Below are positions 60,603 to 64,000 of a stretch of DNA of 64,000 nucleotides, one piece after another. The position numbers were made by a program, and so were the translations under genes. How positions within the stretch are numbered: the first letter of the stretch is position 1; every line of letters begins with the position of its first letter. The stretch spans positions 2,813,523 to 2,877,522 of the forward strand of contig MU058463.1 of the NCBI GenBank assembly GCA_013265495.1, given 5' to 3'. This DNA comes from Vicugna vicugna (Eukaryota). A model generated the notes under the pieces. The model had not been told where the DNA came from, did not search any database, and saw only the letters and a list, made by a program, of their open reading frames with translations.

Positions 60603-61559
60603 GCTATCATAGTAATACTTGTTCACAGCAAAAAACTTCCAGGTATACCGTTAATTTACGGTGAATTACAGCGCCTACTTGCTCACACCCTTGTCCTCAC
60701 TGAATATTCTCTTCTCAGGTTACAAAAGCTAAACTCTAATAAAACAGCCATGCCTTCATTTTTAAGCCATGCTGAGGACTCTGGATAAGAGTTTCCAGAG
60801 AACTATGATTTAATCACGACATTACTACAACTACAAAATAGTTTTGTGTATGTGATGGTTCTAAAGTGATCACATAATTTCAAGCCTTCTTTGAATAGCA
60901 ATGAAACTCAGCTACTTGGAAGGAGTCCACTGTCCTTGCAGAGTCCACTTCAAGTTTCTGGAAACAGAAGAACAGCAGTCTCTAAGGGAGGGTAACGAAG
61001 ACCATGAACACAGTCGAGTAGGAGAGTGAAGGGTGCTTCTCTGTCATAATCCCGCAGCTGTTTCTGAGACAATGCCACTCATTACCTGTTCCATGATATG
61101 GCTGCACCTTTCCCTCTAAATTGAATTTAAATGCTGGCTAGCAGAAGAGGCCATTCCCCTCCGCTTACCCCATAAGGCTCTTGCCCACGGACTTGGTACT
61201 CTGGACAGATCCTACTATTTAATTTGTATGATGGTTTGAAAACATTCTTGAGTAAGAGTACACACACACACTTTTCTTTTTAATCCTGAGAACAACAGCT
61301 CAAATAAATTAATATGCATTCTAAAATGGTGATATGGAAATAGAAAGAGATATAGACATAGAACTAAAAACTGGTAGACTGCCAATCAGTAAGCCATGAT
61401 GTACAAGGACCCACTGTGTGCTCAGCGCTGGGCCACATGTGATAATTCAGAATTCTTCATCCTCAGGGACCTTCAGTCTAGTTAGGGAGAGGTTTTCCAA
61501 AAATGTAGAATGCAACAGAGGTGCATATGCCTCTGCGCATGGCTCAGTTGGATGCTCTC

Positions 61560-61750
61560 CCTCTTTATTCCTGCAGGAATTAACTCACTATACAACTGAT
61601 GACTTACTAATGTATTTGCCTTCCTGCATTTAGAATGTAACCTTTATCAGAACAGGGTGGTCTTGTCATTCGACTCTTTAGCTTGAGCACCTGTCACAGT
61701 GCTTGACCCAACACAGATGCTAAATGAGAGCTTGTGAAATAAATGCATGA
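61560..61750 (+). mobile_element. L2 3' end
   Basis: tagaatgtaacctttatcagaacaggg...agcacctgtcacagtgcttgac. Confidence 0.65.
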
Positions 61751-63789
61751 GGTACAAAATTGGTTGATACAGATCATAAGTGATAAAGAATTTGAAAGGC
61801 AAGGGGATTATGAGGAGCCTGGAGCAGACAGGAGAAGCATCATGAAAGAGATGAAACTTGAGACTTGGTCATAATGAATGGAGTGAGAGGGGAACGAAAG
61901 AAAAGTCATAGATCAAAGAGTTGAGAATGGTGATGTTGGGAAATGAAGCCATATTTTAAATAATACTGGTAATGAAGGATTCAACTGCTAAAATAATGAC
62001 TGAGGGTGTTGAGTGTGTAAAAGAGGTGTTGATATTTTACCTAAAGGAGGTTAAGCCAACTTGGCAAGACTTCAGCCAGCTGCTGAGGACTCCATGGCCA
62101 AGTTCAAGAGATCTTTGTGGGAGAGGTGCCCAAAGGTGGAATGCAATTATTTATAGGAGTTCAGTAAATAGGATGAACAGGGGCCTGGCTGTGAGTTCCT
62201 ATGGGAGATTTCACTTTGGAAGGCCTGATCACACTTAAACTAAGAGCAGAAAGAAAAGAGGTGTGCTCTGTTAGGCAACTTAAAGACAAAGCAGTGAGGC
62301 TTTCAGAGCTGGAGTCCCTATCCTGCTACTTTGGCAAATCCTACAACTACTCCGTCTTTGTGATTCCTCTTATATTGCTGAGGGGAGTATTTCCTACATA
62401 TATTCTCCAGCATTCAACAAACATTTGTGAAGTACCACTTAGCCTTAGCTGGAACTAAACTATTCTTTTAAAAAAAGCCTAATTTAAAAGAATCACCCAA
62501 TTTGCAACATTTCAAAAATATTTAAAATTATAACTTGCTGTGTCACAATGCCAGGCGCTAACCAACAGTGAGAACATCTAGAAGAGAAATGGCTGTTGAA
62601 ATAGGCATTTTATGGTGGAATAGAAGAGTTGGGCTCACTAGTTCTGTTTATAAAGTGGTTTATTAATAGAAGAGTGGTTGGCACATCATTGATAATCAAT
62701 AAAATATTTGTTGAATGAATAAATGCTGGCCAGGACATTGTTTGTCTGATTTACAATTGTCTACCCAGCTCTTAGACCAGTGCCTGGCACATAAAACATA
62801 TTCAAATATCGGTGGAATAATAACAAATAACTAATTACACTTATTGATTTATTCTGTGATCACTTATATTGTGATTACATACAAATTTGATGTGCAGATT
62901 CAGTATTAAAACCTCAACTGCAACTCAAGAGGCCAGGATTTGGTTCCAAGACAGTACAGCATAACTAACTTTTCTACTCAAACGTAAGCACCATGAGATG
63001 TACTTTGTCTGAGTTACTTGTTCCTTAGTGTTTTTAATAAAAACACATTAAGTGAATGAATGCTAACTTCCAACAGTTTATCCTAAAAACACACACACAC
63101 ACAACAAAACAAGAAAAGCCACTGTGCAAAAAAACCCCAAGTTCCTCCCTCTGTTGTAGCAACAAGCATTTTTCATGCTATCATCATGAGACATTTTAGC
63201 TCAGAATTCCCAGTCTGTGAGAATATGGTGCCAACCTTGACATCCATACAATTGGGCCAACACCTCTGATGAATCTTTAATCCAACTTTTATGAGTTTTC
63301 TCAGTATTAACCACAATCTAAGTGGCGGTGTATAAATGTAAAACCAAAAAATAAAAAAATAAAAAAAAGGACTGTCTTTTAGGAATGAAAAATAAATGTA
63401 ATCTGAAATCAATATTTATGAAGTTGTGATTAATTGACTGATGACCAAATGATTACAAAACGTCTGTCTGAAACACCTACTCAAATTTATTAGCTTTGAC
63501 CAAAAAAATTAAAAAACAATCTGAACTGGGTCAATGAAAGAATAATGCATTCCTAATCAATTTTTAATAGCACTTAAGATTTTACATTTTTTAAACTTGC
63601 TTTTAAATAATTTATCATAAAAATGAATCTGATTTAAACAAGGGGTAAAAGGTGTTCCATGGCTATTTGATGGTTTTCTTAGCAAAGAAATTCAATTATG
63701 ACTGACTTTTTATTACTGAACTACTTTATTAATAATAATACATCTTGCTCTTACACGATGGCATTTAGCCAACAATCTCAAAGAGTCTA

Positions 63790-63925
63790 AATGAGATCTA
63801 GGATTTAGCTCCAATTCTACCATTTTCTGGTGGTTTACATTATCTAGGCCTCAATTTCCTCATTTGTGAAAGGAAAGGCCTGCATAGAGCCCTTATAAGA
63901 TCCTTCCTAGCTCTGTTTGAGATTT
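63790..63925 (+). mobile_element. MIR3/MIR fragment
   Basis: ctaggcctcaatttcctcatttgtgaaa...ataagatccttcctagctct. Confidence 0.65.
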
Positions 63926-63974
63926 ACAAGTGTTAGCCATTATATATATAAAAATAGATCTTTTTAAAAAAGTT

Positions 63975-64000
63975 CTTCTGTATAGCACAGGGAACTATAT
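63975..64000 (+). mobile_element. start of an L1 3'UTR fragment (truncated by window end)
   Basis: ctgtatagcacagggaactatat is identical to the L1 3'UTR at ~44124-44146. Confidence 0.8.

Noticed and set aside
63173..63340. Minus-strand acceptor-like site and short ORFs
   Set aside because: The peptides are unrecognisable and no supporting donor was found.
1..64000. CRISPR arrays, operons or other prokaryotic systems
   Set aside because: The sequence is mammalian repeat-rich DNA with no regularly spaced repeats or dense coding.

Overview
AT-rich mammalian genomic DNA, most likely camelid (alpaca/camel). This is inferred from three tRNA-Ala-derived Vic-1-type SINEs and camelid-style L1 3' ends. 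I can support no host protein-coding gene, so the window looks intronic or intergenic. It is a mosaic of transposable elements: L1, L2, CR1/L3, MIR, ERV1/ERVL/MaLR solo LTRs, a full-length Tigger1, MER5 and MER20. Several TE-poor, motif-rich stretches lie between them and may be enhancers. The most notable element is a young, TSD-flanked 2.7-kb LINE-1 at 25490-28173. It has a complete 5'UTR and ORF1, but the inter-ORF spacer is fused directly to the last ~120 codons of ORF2, so endonuclease and RT are missing. The junction falls on an AG that is a CAG in ordinary L1 copies in this same window, suggesting a half-L1 or spliced non-autonomous element. Also present are a second ORF1-to-3'UTR fusion, a twin-priming L1 inversion, nested insertions, perfect palindromes and weak splice-signal exon candidates. 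Repeat family names come from recognition of consensus motifs, not a database search, and boundaries of old repeats are approximate.
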